The translations under genes and the position numbers were made by a program. From NCBI RefSeq assembly GCF_009834535.1, contig NC_045696.1, positions 79,734,001-79,798,000 on the forward strand: a stretch of 64,000 nt of DNA, written 5' to 3'. Shown here one piece after another: positions 13,680 through 25,872 of the stretch (positions are counted from its first letter, which is position 1; the number at the start of each line of letters is the position of its first letter). The notes beneath the pieces were generated by a model. It was not told the DNA's origin. It worked only from the letters and a program-made list of their open reading frames with translations, and searched no databases. This DNA comes from Camelus ferus (Eukaryota).

Positions 13680-14832
13680 TTCTGAATTTCCATTAGTATG
13701 ACCTTGCTTGGTCCAGATTCTATAGCTATAAAATGAGGAGAGTAATATTTATGATTTAAATCAAGGAGTCGGGAGTGCAGTACTAAAACCATCATGGCAT
13801 CTTCTAGCTTCAAATGACACAGAGATCATGTGAGTTAAAATGAATTACTATTTGCTATGCTTTCTGAGTGCATTTGGTAAAACAGGCTGAAAGTGCAGGG
13901 TGATACATTATTATTTTCAAAAAGTGTTTTTACTTGCCTACGTCTAGCTAACCAGAAGAAGACATGCAAGTTTCCTAAAATGATACATGATACTGAGATT
14001 TCCAATAGCTGTAATCAAATCAAATCAAAACAAATATCCTTGTTAACAATATCAAAGAATTTTGTTTTTTTTAATAATTACTTCTTAAGCACTGCTTCTC
14101 CCTTGGAGTAGACCTTCTAATATGTCTACCCCAAATTCACAATGTTATTATGTACTGCTGATACAGAAAACCCGACTTTTGAAACAAAAATTATTATTTG
14201 TGTAGCTGATGAATCATGTCTAATCTAATTCCTTGCCATTTTGAAACTAAAATTCCTTTGTCTCCAAGGTGACCAATTTACTAGATTATAATAGTACTCT
14301 GGCCTTCTCAACTAGAAACTAGCTCTTATTGCAGATCAGTTACTGATGCCAACAATTGTTAAATAAAAATGCAGTGGTTGTGTAAACAAGGTGGAAAAGT
14401 CAAATGAGGGTGATACAGAGTCAGAGAAGGAAGAATATATCTGCCATCTGTATATTTTTTTAAATTGTTGCAATGGACATCCAGGCAAGAGATTTAAGAC
14501 ATTCCCCTTCTTAGGTTCTCTAACAAATATTAACAGAAGTTTTTGTTAGGTGAAAATAAACAACCAATGAGATTTTGGCCATAGAATCCAAAACTTAAGA
14601 CATTGAAATATACTAAGATTAGAGAAATGAATATTTCTGGACTTCTCCTGATGCTCTCACTACAGATTGCATCTTAACACAATCAATTCAAATCAAATAT
14701 ACCTTTTTATTTTGATAGACCAGTATTTTCTGCAAAATTACTAAGCTTATTAAAAATACAGTAAAAATGTGTCAAATTTATTTAAAATGTACGAAACATT
14801 AAACTCTAATTTTAGCAAACTAAGTCATATAT

Positions 14833-16572
14833 TAAGATTTATGTCAAATAATATGTCAGATAATATGTTGCCTATGCTTTCTTCTAAGAGGTTTATAGTG
14901 TTGTGTCTTATGTTTAAGTCTTTAAGACATTTCGAGTTTATTTTTGTGTATAGTGTGAGGGAGTATTCTAACTTCACTAATTTACATGCAGCTGTCCAAT
15001 TATCCCAACATCATTTGCTGAAGAGACTATCATTACTCCATTGCCTCCTCATAGCAATGTTCTCCTAGGGCAGCCTATCCAGGCAATAGAAATAAAAGCA
15101 AAAATAAACAAATGGGACTTAACTAAATTCATAAGCTTTTGCACAGCAAAGAAAACCATAAGCAAAACAAAAAGACACCTATAGAATGGGAGAAAATATT
15201 TGCAAAAGATGAGACTGACAAGGGCTTAATTTCCAGAATATATAAATGCTCATACAACTTAATAAGAAAAAAACAAACAACCCAATCCAAAAATGGGCAG
15301 AAGACCTAAACAAGCAATTCTCTAATGAAGACATACAAATGGCCAATAGGCACATGAAAAAATGCTCAATATCACTAATTTTGTCAGAGAAATACAAATC
15401 AAAACTACAATGAGGTTTCACCTCACACCAGTCAGAATGGCCATCATTCAAAAGTCCACAAACAATAAATGCTGGAGAGGCTGTGGAGAAGAGGGAGCCC
15501 TCCTACACTGCTGGTGGGAAAGCAGTTTGGTGCAGCTGTTATAGAAAACAGTATGGAGATTCCTCAAAAGACTAAAAATATGCTCAAATGTGGAATCTAA
15601 AAAAAAAGAATATAAATACAAAGCGGAAACAGACTCATAGACATAGAATACAAACTTGTGGTTGCCAAGACAGAGGGGAAGGGATAGACTGGGAGTTCAA
15701 AATTTGTAGATACTGACAGGCATATGTAGAATAGATAAACAAGATTATACTGTATAGCACAGGGAAATATATACAAGATCTTGTGGTAGCTCACAGCAAA
15801 AAAAAAAGGTGACAATGAATATATGTATGTTCATGTATAACTGAAAAATTGTGCTCTACAGTGGAATTTGACACAACATTGTAAAATGACTATAACTCAA
15901 TAAAAAAAGTTTTAAAAAAATGACTAAAAATAGACTTACCATATGATCCAGCAATCCCACTGCTGGGCATATATCCAGAGGGAATCTTAATTCAAAAAGA
16001 TACATGCAACCCAATGTTCACAGCAGCACTATTTAGAATAGCCAAGACATGGAAACAACCTAAATGTCCATCAACAGATGACTGGATAAAGAAATTGTGG
16101 TGTACTTACACAGTGGAATACTACTCTGCCATAAAAAATAAAATAATGCCATTTTCAGCAACATGGATTGGACCTGGAGATTGTCATTCTAAGTGAAGTA
16201 AGCCAGAACAAGAAAGAAAAATATCATATGATATCACTTACATGTGGAATCTAAAAAAACAAACAAACAAACTTACTAACAAAACAGAAACAGATTCGCA
16301 GATACAGAAAACAAACTTGTGATGGCCAGGAGGGGAAGGTGGTGGGAAGGGATAAATCGGGAGTTCGAGATTTGCAGATACTAATATGTATAAAATAGAT
16401 AAACAACAAGTTCATACTGTGTAGCACAGGGAACTATGTTCAATACCTTGTAGTAATCTATGATGAAAAGGAATATGAAAACAAATATATGTATGTTCGT
16501 GTATGACTGAAGCTTTATGCTGTACACCAGAAATTGACACAATATTGTAAACTGACTATACTTCAATAAAAA
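14833..16572 (+). mobile_element. Lineage-specific 5'-truncated, 5'-inverted L1 (ORF2 C-terminus + 3'UTR) containing a nested younger L1 3' end
   Basis: ORF2 peptides [25 protein letters not shown] and [27 protein letters not shown]. 14833-15043 is antisense L1. 3' end actgactatacttcaataaaaa followed by (TA)n. Confidence 0.9.
15581..15921 (+). mobile_element. Younger-subfamily L1 3'UTR fragment inserted in the older L1
   Basis: TSD GACTAAAAATA at 15570-15580 and 15922-15932, its own A-rich tail, and host ORF2 resuming exactly after it. Confidence 0.85.
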
Positions 16573-16659
16573 TATATATATATATATATATATACCCAAA
16601 AAAAGCTGGTTTATAGAAATTATCAATGGTGATTTGGTACCTAATAGGATTCACCAACT

Positions 16660-17474
16660 GACTTTAGAGGTCCCCAATCTCTCCTTTTAATTTGAGTTTT
16701 CCTGGCTTATCAACATCAGTATTCTCCTCTGGATACATGGACTATATTTTCTAGTCTCCTTGTAGTAAAGTCAGGCCAAAGTGTCCATCTGTGACTTATT
16801 TTTTCCCAGATCCTTCCCCTTTCTCTTATCAGCTCTGCATTGCAAGGCACTGATCCTGTAGCCTGTCTTTCCCAGGCTTGCAGTAGTGGCTTCAAGCTGA
16901 ATTTGGAAAATAAGAGATACTGGAGGAATATTCGAACATGGGAAGAAGGGAAAGACATGCATGGCTCCAGCTCCCACCAGACAGCCCCACCAAGACTTCA
17001 GCTTCCAATGTGTAACATGACCTAGATTCTGGTAATACTGCCTCCTCCAAAGAAAGGAGGTAACAGCTTTCTGCTGTTGCTAACCCCTGTGGTACCTTAT
17101 TGTCTGTTTGGCTTCTCGGATGCTGTGTAACTTTCTGTATTAAATTTCTTGTAACAAATTCTTTATTTTAGATCCTTAAAATAGTTTCTTTCCATTTGGA
17201 TGGACTCCGACTGATAACATCATTTTTCTGAGTTCTGATCAAGATAATAAGAGCAGAAGTGATGAGTGTCATTTCCATCAGAATTTTTCATGTGTGATCC
17301 TCACTCCTTTTTCTTTTTCCCTGCTGAACAGAAACAACGAAGAGGACTTAGAAGAGAGAATCCTTAGCCCACTGGCATACAATTTATTTTGATATGAGCA
17401 AGAAATTGAACAATTATAAAGTTTCTGAGTTTTCAGGGTATATCTATTACAACATCTAGCACTTAATTAATACA
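16660..17474 (+). mobile_element. MLT1 (MaLR) LTR interrupted by an ERVL LTR33-like fragment (~16790-17218)
   Basis: MLT1-like text on both sides (ctagtctccttgtagtaaagtcaggcc...; ctgagttctgatcaag...agcagaagtgatg; end taattaataca). The insert ends with LTR33-like ggtaacagctttctgctgttgctaa...gactgataaca. Confidence 0.45.
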
Positions 17475-17739
17475 GGTGCCTATCTGCTTTTCTCTTGCCC
17501 CATGATTCTTGGGTCTCTATAGCCACATATGGAATTATGATTTTTGTACAATTATTTCCTAATACCCCAAATTAGAGTTCAATAATATGTACCAGGTAAT
17601 ATAATTTTGGAATTAATCTTCAGTAACTCTCTCTAGAAAAAATTTTTAAAAAGGTGAAGTTAGATTTCAGTATATCTCATCTGTTCCTTAATGTGAATCC
17701 TCCAAACTTTTGTGAACCTACCTCATGCTAACATAGCAA

Positions 17740-18197
17740 TCTTACTGTTTTTTTTTTTAATATGTTGATTTAAATAAAATAAAATTTTATTTTTTCTCAT
17801 ATATTGATAAGCAAAGGTGGTCCAATCCTTTTAGGATGATTCAGGGGTGTTATGGCTTTTTTTTTTTTTAATCTTATTTTGCATCCTTATGTTTTTATCC
17901 TTGGATTCATTGTCAAAGATGGCTCCCCACCATATCCTCACTCCAGCCTCAGGGAGGAAGGGGAGCAAGAAGAAGGTAAGGAGAGAAGGGGAGGAAGTTC
18001 TTTGTATTCTAGATGCACAAGCCAGAAATTACATATATAACTTCTGTTGCATCACGTGTGCGGAACCTAGTTACGCTGTCATAGCTGCAAGGGAGACTGT
18101 AAATGTGTTCAGTAACAGTAGCTAAAACTACTGTAACTTTAGAAAGGGGTAATACAGATGGGGACTGGAGGGGTGGAACAGCTGCTGTTTCTGCCAT
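17740..18197 (-). mobile_element. MLT1 (MaLR) solo LTR, degenerate
   Basis: Motifs tcaaagatggctcc, acctagttacgctgtcatagctgcaagggagactgtaaatgtgt, and end tctgccat. Confidence 0.55.
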
Positions 18198-18649
18198 CGA
18201 AGCCTGCAAAGCAAATTAGATCAGACTGTTCGAAGGTTCTGTACAAAAATCAAGAAGAAAGTAATTCCCTCTAACAAATATTAAAAGAAGGAAGCGGAAA
18301 GATTTTACTGAAAGATCTTATACACTTTAATATCATATTTCATGGATTTTAAAAAGTTATAAATCAGATGATTAGTAGAGGTACTACTACCTTACAACCC
18401 CTAAGAAAATTTCCAATTATATTAAACTATGCCACAATGCTTTCTTATTATTTAGAATTTTTATTTTATACCTATTGTATTAATTCTTCAAGATTTATTT
18501 ATACACACATTTCAGCACATATCCACTACTCTGTCTCCCATCTTTCTATGTACACAATAACTCTTGGTATTATTGCTGAATCGTAGTTTAGTCTTCCCGA
18601 TAATATTTTAGATGGCAGTTAAACTCAATGTATGTAGTACCAACAATGT

Positions 18650-18828
18650 GAATCATTCAATTGAAATGATACTATGAGCAGCTGTGGTCAAGTTTTCACA
18701 TGGGCAGACAATACTGCTAGATCACTCACCACTGCCTGGCCAAAAACGATTATAAGGTGCATCCCAAACTTAGAGGTGTTCAAATGTTAAAAACAAAAAG
18801 TTCATTTTCAAATGAACAAAATACAGTA
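18650..18828 (-). mobile_element. TcMar-Tc2 (MER104/Kanga-like) terminal fragment
   Basis: ataaggtgcatcccaaacttagaggtgttcaaatgttaaaaa...aaatacagta resembles the recalled TIR region. Confidence 0.45.
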
Positions 18829-20144
18829 ATTATAAAGTAGTTACATGCACCCTCCCACTGTCCCTCTCCCTCAGCCACCCATTTCTGTTAGCTATGCTTC
18901 TTTTTGAGCAACACAGGTTTTGTGAAGTAGGAGCACACCATCTTTTAAAAGGTTCAATTTCACTTTTGTTTTATGGTGACTATTTACATAATTTTGATTT
19001 TCTGTATGTTGGCCATTGCTTCTATTTTTAGATCTCATCTATGAGCACAGTAAGGAAGACTGGTATACAGTAACAGAACAGAAGGTAAATAATAATACCC
19101 TTGACAGCAAAAATATAAAGATGTAGTAATAGGCAATTGAGAATTGGAGGGAACAAGAAAAGATGAAGAAATGTGTAAAGGCACAAAATCCCTCAGTTTA
19201 CATCCTGAAAATGCAAGCAATTCTATCTAACACTGACAGATAATAAAGGCTTACTAAGGTAAATGAATCTTTAAATTTAATGAGACCTGAAAGGAAAACC
19301 ATGACTAGCAGAAATATGGGAACGGAGCAAAGGGAGACAAGAAAGTGCAGACTACGTGAACTCGAGTCTCCATACTAATGCTGGGGAATCAACAGATAGA
19401 GTCTATTCTTTCTACAATTAGGTAAGAAAAGAGAGAAAAGGAGCTATTTTATTTTCATTGTATAACCTCAATCATTTTAAAATTCTTTTTTTAATTTTTA
19501 ATTTCAATGATTACATTTTAAAATTTCTTTTTCATTCTTTTTTAAGAACAACTGCAGGTTTTTAATGATTACTTATTGTTCACTCACTTTATATTCCATC
19601 TTTTATTTCTTTACAAATTCCATAAACGTTTAACTTGTATGCTTCATCTGATCATTTCAGTCACTAAAGTCCTTGGAGATCTGTATCTGGATGTTCCTTC
19701 CACATCAAGTTGCTTGCTGCCTTTTGTTTGTTATTGATTTTATTTTAATTGTGAGTTCATATTTTTCAGTCTAACTTTTGGGAGGGATAATCCCAAAAGC
19801 CTGAATTGCATAAACTTCTCAGGGGCACTGTTGCCCTGAAGCCTCAGGAGCCCCCGTTTAAGGATCTCTTCTGGCCTCCTGCCTTGCAGTGAAGCCCAGT
19901 CTTGGTCTCCTATTCCCAGAAACAAGTCAATATTTATCTTAGGGTAAGATTTCCATGCACAGCTTTTAGTTTACTTCATCCTTGGAAGTATCTCTTATTT
20001 TCTGGGATTTTAGCAATTTAGCAATTCAAGTAATAAATTAAAAAGTGTCTATTTTAGCTTAAATTTTCTTGTGTTATAGTGGGAGGGTCTTTCTAGTATT
20101 CAGTCAGCTGTATTAGTAGAGGTAGAAGAATAAGTAATTCTATA

Positions 20145-20645
20145 ATGATTTATTAGAAATCTATCACTGTGTAACAACTTACCCCAAAACTGGGTGGCTA
20201 AAAACAATACACATTTCTTAGCTGATAGTTTCTGTGGGTCAAGAATCCCAGCACGATTTAGCTGGGTGTCTCGGGCTCAGGCTCTCTCACAAGGCTGCTG
20301 TCAAGGCATGGCTGGCGCTTCAGTCATTTCAAGGCTGGACAGGAGGAGGACAGGCTTCCAAGCTCACTCACTCACTGAGTTCTTCGCTGGCTGTTGGCCA
20401 AGGTCATCGGTCCCTTGCCTCATGGGCTTTTTCACACCCTGACAGCTGGCTTCCCTCAGAGCAAATCGGAGAGATGAGATGGGAGCCACAGTCTCTTCAA
20501 ACCTAACTTCAGAAGCTGTGTCCCATCACTTAGGTCATACTCTACTCACTGGAAGAGAGTCATTAAATTTGGCCCACACTCAAAGGGAGGAGGTTACACA
20601 AGGCTTAAAAGGCAGAAGGGGGCCTTTTTATAAGCTGCCTACCCT
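20145..20645 (-). mobile_element. MLT1 (MaLR) solo LTR
   Basis: ctgtgtaacaacttaccccaaaactgggtggctaaaaacaa...tttctgtgggtcaagaatcc...ggcccacactcaaagggaggagg...ctgcctacc. Confidence 0.75.
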
Positions 20646-23600
20646 GATGACAAAAACACGTAATTTTTAAGGGAATAAATTTGGTATTTATACAAATCAT
20701 TTACCACTATTATAGATACACTTTTCCTTGAGTTCTTGTTACTGTGTCACTCAACTGAATTGCCCTCCATGAATCTTTTCTATTTCATCAGTAAAATATA
20801 TAATGTTTCATCAGCTAGATTATTAGTACCTCAAAAGCAGCAGTTGGTTTTCCAGAACACTTATATCATTCAAAGTGTACCAAGCATATAGATTTCACCC
20901 CCCCAAAAAATCTGAAACATTGACTTACATAGAAAGAAATGAAAACTTTCACTTTTAAATCTACTTTGTACCTACAACCATCTGAGGTCTACCTACCCAA
21001 TGTATTAATGAGTCTTTTCAGCATTCCAACAAAATAAAATTTTGTATTGGGTACTGAAATGTATGGAAAGTTGGTATCAAAACGAAAACATAAATTCAAA
21101 TCAATAATGACTAAATATCAGTGCTGACTGGGTTTTACAGGTTACATGAAATTAAAAAGAAGTCTTAGGAAAATCCAATTTAATGATCAACCCTCATGAT
21201 CTTAGTTTTCACAACTCTGAGTGCCAAGTTTTCAAAGTGCAGACACCTCTAAAGGTGTGAAGGGAAAAACAAGGGGGCCAGTCATAAAGGACGTGGAACA
21301 TGCGAAGGAAAAAAGCCGCAGGAGGGTTCTAAATGATTAACCAACCTTAAAAATGAAAACCAAAATGCAATCCTATCCCCACTCATGCAGCAAAGATCAG
21401 GTTAAAATGTTGGCAGTCAAGTCCTCTTTGTGGCACAGAAAGCCAGTGTCACGGCCTCACAGGAGCATGGGCAGTGGATGGGTTCCATGTTGCCTTGCTA
21501 TAAGATGCCCTAACACAAGGCAATAGACAGGAAGATGACAGGTTAGCCATACTCCAAGTTTAAAGGTGCCTTCTGGAGAGATCTTCACACTAAGTCCAGA
21601 GAACTTTCAATCTTATGTCTGTTACAAATTATGCTTGAACAAGTCACAGCAGGACACCCAGGATCTCGAGTACTTTAAGAAAACAGAGGAGCAGCACAAC
21701 GAGGAAAACTAAAGTGTTCTCTTTGCAAACACAATCTAGTTTCGAAAAAAGGAAAACCTTACTAGGTTACAATGTGTTAAGTGAGGTGCCGAAGGGCAGA
21801 CAATGACTCATGGCAAGCCTAACAATAAAACAAGGGTTTTTACACCCTAGAAAACATTTATTTAAAATAAAAATCAAAAACCTCTGCGTAACTGAAAAAG
21901 TTTTCTTACGAATTTCTAAGTGTTTCACAGAAGAGTTCCTTCTCTCTCTCTTTCTCTCTCTCTTTCCTTCTCTTAATATAAAGTCAGAACTTGCAAAAAT
22001 GTTATTAATCTCAGGATAGAGAAGCTTCAAATATAGAGAGCAGAAAGAAGAAATGAAAGGGAGAAGGGAGAATTAAATGAAGTTAACATTTATAATTTTT
22101 GCTACAGTTGGACTGCTTGAATAGGCATTTATTTTAAAGTTTTATTTTAAACTACTGTTGTCATGTAGAACAGAGTGTAAGTTCTAAGATCAAAAAATTT
22201 GAGTTCAAATGCCTGTACTGCCCTATGAGACCTGGGTAAGTCACTGAGTCTGAGCTGTAAGGTCTTCCTCTGTAATTCAGGTTACCACGCAGCCCAATAG
22301 AAAATCCTTTGTAAACTCCAAAGCTTACATAAATATGAAGTCATGTTTGGCCCCCAAGATTTTACATTTTTGTTACTAATGCATGGAAGGATAGAAGCTG
22401 GCTCTAGGCAAAACTGTAAAATAGACCAAATTTGATTTCATGGCTCCTCCATTTCCCATGTTTCACCCTCTTCGTTATTTCTCACGCACAGTCTGCTGCT
22501 ACAGTGGAAATATAAATGCCTCTCCCCTTCTTTCCCCTTCTTCCTTTACCGTACTTAACCAAGAGGAGAAGAAGTCCCATATCCGTAAATACATACCCCT
22601 GTAGTACAGCATAGAGGGAGGAAGGCTTATCGGAGCAGGTAAGATCTTCCTCTCTCCTGGTAGCAGTTAATCGTGGGCTCCGAAAGACAGTGTCCCCTTT
22701 TTGCATATCCCAGAAAATTCGCTGCTATGATGCAGATAGTGGACCATGTGGAACAGAAGACACATCACAGCAAAACAAGAGCTTGGGGAGAAAGTAAAAC
22801 TTTCTGCAGCCCTACTGACAGAATAAGACACCAACCACTAGCACACATCCTTCATTTACTTTCTATTTTGTTTTTAGAAACAGCGTAAAGATAATTTCTG
22901 GGCACGTATCTGTATTTGTAGGGCTCTAACTGACCTTAATGGAGTTCAACACTGGAACCACTAAGGTATTTATGAAACAAAGTTACGTGATATGAACAGC
23001 ATCCATCTTTAAAGCTGGGGTTCCAAGTGGTATTAAATAGCAATTTGAATTAAAATATGGTTCAGCCAGATTTACATTTATAGATTGAATGATTGCAAAG
23101 GTATGTATTTAATTTATTGTCCTAAGATATTCTAAATGTATGAAAAGCAACTTTTCTTGCAATATGCAGAAAACCCAAGTGAAACAATAAAAAGCAGCCT
23201 GTCACAATCTGAGTAACCTGTCCTGGGGATGCGGCTAGATTTAAATACCTGTCGAGTCTCTAGTTATTTTTCTGAACACCACTTAGAATGCATTATTTAA
23301 TAAGAACAATTACACACTCCAACTAAGACTTCTGTACTATTCTTCCTATGTGGGCATTTAATTTGAAGATGTGAAATTCTTCTCTATGTCCTTCAGTCCT
23401 CAGCTCTTCACTTGAAGATGTGAAGCTTCTTGTCTCCATGTTCCTCAGTTCTGCCTCTCTGGCGAGGAGACTTTTGCCATTTGTCACACTGTCTGGCGCA
23501 CCCCATCCTTAAATAAATTTCACTGCCTGCTTCCTCAGCCTCTACTTGAGTGCTTCTGCGCTCTGATGGAGAAAATCACACAATGGCTCAGATCGATTCC

Positions 23601-23661
23601 AATTCCAATTTATGGCTTCCACATCCACTGGGCACTCACAACTGCCTGGCAAACCTTCCGT

Positions 23662-25157
23662 GTTTCCCTGGTCACCCTCTCTCCCAGCCCCACACTGGCA
23701 ATTTCAAACATCCTCCCTCTCCTCACACCTCCTACCAAATCTCCTGATGTCGTTCTCTACACAAGACTTTTCTTCCTATTCAGAGAGAGAGAGAGAGCTT
23801 TTAGATCCTCCTTATGGCTGAGCTGTCCCTCCTCCCAAGCCTGGCCGGCCACACCAAGTGTCCTGGAACCCAGGTGTCTGACATTCTCAGAGAATCTGCC
23901 CTCTCCTCACTGCTTCTGCAACATCCTTCTTTGCTTACAGCTCCTTCCCACCAGCACTAATCCTCCCAAGACCTATCCATGTTAAAATAAACTTTCTTGA
24001 CCTTTCTTATACTATTACTTTCACTTACTCTCCTCCCACATTCTTCCCAATTCCTTACATCTCACTCCATCGCCAAACTGCCAAAACTGCCCCTGCCAAG
24101 CCACCAATGATCTCTTCTTACCAATTCAATAAATGGCCCTTAACCCTACTCTTGCTTGATCTTTTGGGTCTATATGATACTTTTTAATTGTCTTTCTTTC
24201 CTAAAATGCTTCCTTTTTGCATCTTGTATGACACTACACTATCCTGATTTTCCCCCTCCAGTGTTCCATGCTGTTTCTTGTCCTCCAGTCAATATTCTGC
24301 CTATCCCTTTGAGGCAGGTATCAAGGCTCCACCCTCACTCAGCCTACTTCTCTTCTTATGTTAAATATGTTCCCCTGATAAGCCCCTTCCATGGACTCAT
24401 TTGCCATTTCTTTGCTGATAACTTCCAGAATTACATACAGCCCAGCCTTCTCTGCTGAAACTCAGACGCACAGACACACGTGCTCGCTAGATATCTCCAA
24501 AGGGACATGCAGGAGAGTCTTAAAATGCATATGGTCAGAGTATATAGCTCATCACATACACTCAGCAGGCCTGCTGAAAACCCGTCCACCTTCTCCTGGC
24601 TCTCTGAATTTCTCTGGCTTAGTAAATGATACCTTAAACTTTCCCAGTTTTTTAAGACAGAAACATATGTATGTATATACTGTGTATGTATGTGTGTACA
24701 AATTAAGAGTGCTATATACAGAAAAGTTTTTTCTAACATCATTTCACTTTAAACACAAAATCTGTGTAATTCTTCCTTCTCAATATACCTTGACTCTGTC
24801 CGTTCTTCCCAAGCCCACTGCAGCTTGCCAAACTCACACCCTCATCATGCCGGGTTAGTGCTGGTGGGAAGGAGCTGTCAGCAGGAGAGGGATGCTGCAA
24901 AAGCAGGAGGGAGAGAACCGAGGGGAAGCACAAGTTCTCTGCGGAGGCCAGGCATCTGGGGTCCAGGACACAGCTGGGGCCAGCCAGCCGTCAGAGGAGG
25001 GAAGGCTCAGCAAGAAAGATCTAAAATCTCTCTTTGAATGAGAGGAGAGGTCTTGCGTTGAGAATGACAAATCAGGAGATGCGGTAGGAGGTGTGAGAAG
25101 AGGGAGGATGTTTGAAATTGCCAATTTGAGACTGGGAGAGAGGGCACCTAAGGAAAC
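23662..25157. repeat. Long inverted repeat: arms 23662-23960 and 24855-25157, spacer ~895 bp
   Basis: The arms align by hand over their whole length. Perfect blocks: 25 nt (23696-23720 / 25099-25123) and 24 nt (23937-23960 / 24855-24878). Confidence 0.92.
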
Positions 25158-25404
25158 CCTCCTCTAGATCACTGTTACAGCTTCCAGCTCGTCTCCGCCT
25201 CCTGTGTGGTCCTTCCTACATACTGCACACTGCAGCCAGAGGGACGGTTTTAAAACACAGGTTTCCTTTTTAAATTCTCCAATCCCTTTTCCATAATCCT
25301 TGGGAATTTCAAACCTGAGCATGACAGCAAGACCATCACAGTCTGGTCCCTTATCAACCCTGCACCTCATCCCTTGTCATTGCTGGCTCCTTCACGCACT
25401 ATCC

Positions 25405-25872
25405 TGTGGGGCCAACTCGCATCCTTCAAAGTCCAGTGACTCCCATTCCTGGGCTCTCAGATGTCTGCCTGCGATCCCTCAAAAGATAAAGTACATTGTT
25501 TACTAGGCGTGTTTGCTCTAACAAACTAACAGCCCCAGGTAATGCCTAATGTCACAATAGCCCAGGCTGGTTTGTTTCAGCCCACCTTATGTCATAAACC
25601 CTACTTTCCCCTCATGGACCCACAACTTCTTACCTCACCAACCTCTAGTCAAAGACTTGTGCACACACACACAGCTCCCAACCCATGTGTTCACCAACCC
25701 CTTCCCCATAAAAGACCTCAACAACTGACCCTCAGGGCTCACCCAGGCACCTCTCTGTGTGGCCTGCTATTGTCCACGGCAGCGTAACCTAAGAAACGCT
25801 CTCCTATACTCATCCTTTGTCTTTTGTAAATTCTTTTACCGCCTGCGAACCAGCCCACCATGTCCCCCAACA
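25405..25872 (+). mobile_element. Solo LTR (ERVL, MER74-like guess) inserted in L2
   Basis: TGTGGGG...CCCCAACA near-inverted termini, flanks TATCC / TATTC, TATA-like CATAAAA near 25708, and U5-like gtaaattcttttacc. Confidence 0.6.

Noticed and set aside
15179..16626. ORFs with L1 ORF2 peptides (also 61048-61618)
   Set aside because: Truncated, stop-interrupted retrotransposon remnants, not functional genes or an active L1.
23566..25124. ORFs 23566-23985 (+, 139 aa), 24391-24858 (+, 155 aa) and 24855-25124 (-, 89 aa), two sharing AISNILPLLTPPT
   Set aside because: The shared peptide is a by-product of the inverted DNA duplication in decayed L2. Indels between the arms shift the frame, and there is no splice or protein-family support.
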